A stretch of 62,527 bases of DNA from Patescibacteria group bacterium (GTDB taxonomy: Bacteria > Patescibacteriota > UBA1384 > JBBRAU01): assembly GCA_038206475.1 (NCBI GenBank), contig JBBRAU010000005.1, positions 1-62,527 on the forward strand, read 5' to 3'. Under the pieces are notes generated by a model. It was not told the DNA's origin. It saw only the letters and a list, made by a program, of their open reading frames with translations, and did not search any database. Position 1 is the first letter of the stretch. Every line of letters begins with the position of its first letter. The position numbers and the translations under genes were made by a program. Positions 59,808-62,527 of this stretch are shown here, piece after piece.

Positions 59808-60499
59808 TTACTCTGCCAGATGCGCCTGGTCGTTCCAAGTCACTAAGCGCCAACGTCCGGTATTATCTTGCTCGCAGATAGTCATGCCGGTGTTACCTAA
59901 AACCGTGTGCATCAGAAATTGTTCGTGAGTGTAACTTGAGAAGTGGTCCTCGAGCATGATCAGGCCAACCAAATAGCGCAGGAAACGACCGTGACTGACG
60001 ACAGCAATATGCTTGTGTGGCAGAGTATTCAGTAAACCAATGACGCGTTTTGCCTGTATTTTCGTATCCACAAAATTTTTCTCATCAGAGTTATGCCAGT
60101 CAGACTCATGATAATGCTCGATAATCTCGGTTTGGACAGCTTCCCACTCTGGGCTTCGGGTGGATTTGCCACGCGTAGCGCTAGGCCGCCGTTGTTCCAT
60201 GAGGTCGTCGGATGGTTCTACCGCAACGCCGGTTATCCCTGAAATTGCCTTGGCAGTATCATGGGCCCGCCGGTACGTACTGGTTATGATCTTCTCAAGC
60301 GGCAGCGTCCGAAACCGTTCGGCTAACTGCTCAGTTTGCTCAACGCCTCGCTTGTTAGCTCAGATTCGCCAGCCCGATAAACGTAGTCAACATTGGCTTG
60401 GCTTTCGCCATGCCGAACGAAATAAACTACCTTGGCTAAGACCTTCGGCGCCATTTGGCCTTCAGGAGACGTCGGCCAGTCTTTTTCTCTCGGATTCAT
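59808..60499 (-). pseudogene. Histidine phosphatase family protein with a 1-nt deletion at ~60352
   Basis: VRHGES lies in one frame; SHG and WND lie in another. Adding one A gives LTKRGVEQTEQLAERF. Confidence 0.8.
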
Positions 60500-60662
60500 G
60501 CAGGGGCGGCCGTCCATGGTGCTCGCCACAGCGGAATGAACAATTTTAGACAAGGAGACTCCTCGTTTTGTCCTTACTCTTCCGACTGTCTTGACAGGCT
60601 TGTACTCCTCAATATATATTTGACAAAGAATTACGATGAAAAGGCTCCAAAAGGGTTGCTCC

Positions 60663-61178
60663 CTAAGGGGTCATTTTCTTTTTTATGTAGCCAAGTTTTT
60701 TCTCAAGCCCATTGAGAAAAGCACCGTATTGACCTCGAATCACCTTTCGCAGTAATGCCGAATATTTATTTTGGTTAGGAATAATGACTCGCTCCAATTT
60801 CTGCTGCTCTAATAGATACCTCACCAAGCAAGTGAGGTCCCCATCACCGGAAACAATAACGGCTTTGTCGTAGTTTTTGAAATCAATCATAGCCTGGAGT
60901 ACCAGTTCAGCATCGCAATTGCCTTTGACGGTCCCATCTTGCTGTTCAAGCGTTGGCTTAAAAATTAAAATATAGCCAGATTCTTACAGTGAAGCGCAGA
61001 GGACACTGTTGTCCTCTATATAGCCAATGAAATAGTAGGCTTTTTCGACGTTATACTTCTCTTGCAAGTACACCCTAAACCGACGCCAATCAAGTTTCCA
61101 GCCTAATAAGCTACGAACGGCTAGATCTAAATTCTGACCATCAATAAACGCATAGTTAGTTTTCTGGCGCTTCGGCAT
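60663..61178 (-). pseudogene. NYN (PIN-like) domain protein with an in-frame TAA at 60984-60986
   Basis: AFIDGQNL...*ESGYILIFKP...KGNCDAELVL...IVSGDGD in one frame. Confidence 0.82.
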
Positions 61179-61184
61179 AGGGTC

Positions 61185-61574
61185 TTACTTGTTTTCTTCT
61201 CTTAGGACAAATTCGGCCCATTCGACTTGGCCAGCTTGGATGAGACTTTTTATTTGTCGCTGTAGGGCCGATAGCTGGCTGCCGCCGGTTTTAAACTCCA
61301 TGAAGATAATTTTATCGTCCTGAAATTGGATGCCGTCAATTGGTGTGCCGATAAAACGGAAGCTCTGCGGATTGTACGGGTAGTGATCCAGAAACGGCAT
61401 GAACTGTTCGGATAGTTTACCATACTTGGTTGATTGGCTCTGCTTAGCAAAACGCAGCGACTCAAGCTCGGATTGTAACCGAATGTGGTCGCGTCGCAGC
61501 TGGCGCAGTAAAAAGATAGCGACCACAAACAGAAGCAGAACGGCGTACACCAGCAGCGCGGGCAGCGTGATCAT
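61185..61574 (-). CDS. Membrane-anchored Holliday junction resolvase-like endonuclease
   Basis: TM helix, then GKLSEQFMP, RFIGTPIDG, FMEFKTG, LSALQ. Confidence 0.85.
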   Translation of the reverse strand: MITLPALLVYAVLLLFVVAIFLLRQLRRDHIRLQSELESLRFAKQSQSTKYGKLSEQFMPFLDHYPYNPQSFRFIGTPIDGIQFQDDKIIFMEFKTGGSQLSALQRQIKSLIQAGQVEWAEFVLREENK

Positions 61575-62173
61575 GCAATATGAAACTTGCGGATGACGCC
61601 CTTGACACGGCCCTGGACCACCACTTTGGTGGTTAAAATAGGCTGGTACTTGGCGTTCCTCGGCTGCAGCCGAATGTGGTCCTTTTCACGGTAGAAGCGC
61701 TTCAAGGTGACCGCGTCGCCGTCAACTAAGGCCACGACAATTTCGCCATTTTGCGGATTATCGGTTTTTTCAATAATGACGTAGTCGCCGTCTAAGATAC
61801 CGTCGTCGACCATTGAGTCACCACGTACTCGTAAGGCAAACACGTTCTTGCCCATCATGTCACGAGGGATATCGATGGTTTCGGCGGTGCGGATGGCCTC
61901 AATCGGTGAGCCGGCGGCAATGGCGCCCATTAAGGGAATCGAGAAGGTTTGGACATCGAAGGCCGGGGTCAATTGCAGTGAGCGGGCCATGTTCTCTTCG
62001 CTTTCCAAGTAACCTTTGCCCTTCAGTGAGCTGATGTGCTCGGCCACGGTTGAGACAGACGACAATTCAAAATATTCGGCGATTTCTCTGAAGCTGGGTG
62101 CGTAGCCGTGATCACGCAAGAAATCCTGAATAAAATCTAAGATTTCTTTTTGACGTTTGGTTAGTGGTTCCAT
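61571..62173 (-). CDS. lexA: SOS repressor LexA
   Basis: LTKRQKEILDFI, PSFREIA, IAAG cleavage site, GDSM catalytic Ser, TLK catalytic Lys. Confidence 0.97.
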   Translation of the reverse strand: MEPLTKRQKEILDFIQDFLRDHGYAPSFREIAEYFELSSVSTVAEHISSLKGKGYLESEENMARSLQLTPAFDVQTFSIPLMGAIAAGSPIEAIRTAETIDIPRDMMGKNVFALRVRGDSMVDDGILDGDYVIIEKTDNPQNGEIVVALVDGDAVTLKRFYREKDHIRLQPRNAKYQPILTTKVVVQGRVKGVIRKFHIA

Positions 62174-62283
62174 ATTCGCCTCCTTATTTGGGTGGTTACC
62201 GTTGATTTGCGGGGTTGGTTGTTATGTACGTTTGCGAAGAGCGGGACCTCTGTCACACGCAATCTATTCGTATAATGTACGGG

Positions 62284-62313
62284 TTATACACATGGGGACA
62301 AGGCTGGGGACAA
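62284..62313. promoter_or_regulatory. Cluster of DnaA-box-like 9-mers upstream of lexA
   Basis: TTATACACA at 62284 and two TGGGGACAA (reverse complement TTGTCCCCA). Confidence 0.4.
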
Positions 62314-62527
62314 GTTCGGGTAGAGAGCGGTATTTGTTTCTGCTTTGTTCGTATCTAGTGTAAACCAGACAAAAACCGTCTGCAATACGTTCCCTAATCA
62401 ATACCTTCGCAACACTTGGAGTGGTGTTTGGAAGTCAAGACCAATGTGCAGACGTTCGTTATTGTAGTGCGGCAGGTATTCGATTATGGCTGCTTGAAAC
62501 CCGTGAGGGTTGAAAGCAGCTTTCTGC

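Noticed and set aside
62267-62279. loxP-like TTCGTATAATGTA
   Set aside because: The second arm is missing and no Cre-like recombinase is present; more likely promoter sequence.

Overview
62.5 kb of bacterial chromosome using genetic code 11. The gene content points to a Patescibacteria (CPR) genome (inference): paired VirD4/HerA-like membrane ATPases, a sigma70-r4/HARE-HTH protein, Asn/Gly/Thr-rich repeat proteins, a DUF6580-like transporter and class II RNR. Core genes are secD, secF, sbcC, sbcD, trxA, nrdJ, gpmA, eno, ftsZ, ftsA, ybeY, rpsU, lexA, plus RluA-family, DgkA-family, HIT-family and Mpg-family genes. No rRNA, tRNA, CRISPR array or intact transposase was seen. Main points of interest: (1) a cobalamin-riboswitch-controlled operon that looks like a split transcobalamin-like B12 capture system with a dockerin and a solitary transporter, close to B12-dependent nrdJ; (2) a two-gene operon of secreted Asn-rich four-repeat proteins that may form a fibre; (3) several ORF-free structured RNA candidates, including a tandem two-unit motif with a 19-20 nt variable segment and a ~300 nt RNA behind a perfect sigma70 promoter; (4) four Xer/dif-like half-sites bounding small degraded cassettes; (5) apparently leaderless core genes next to self-contained orphan-gene cassettes; (6) several accessory genes broken by single stops or indels. 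All family assignments come from motif recognition by eye; no database searches were run.
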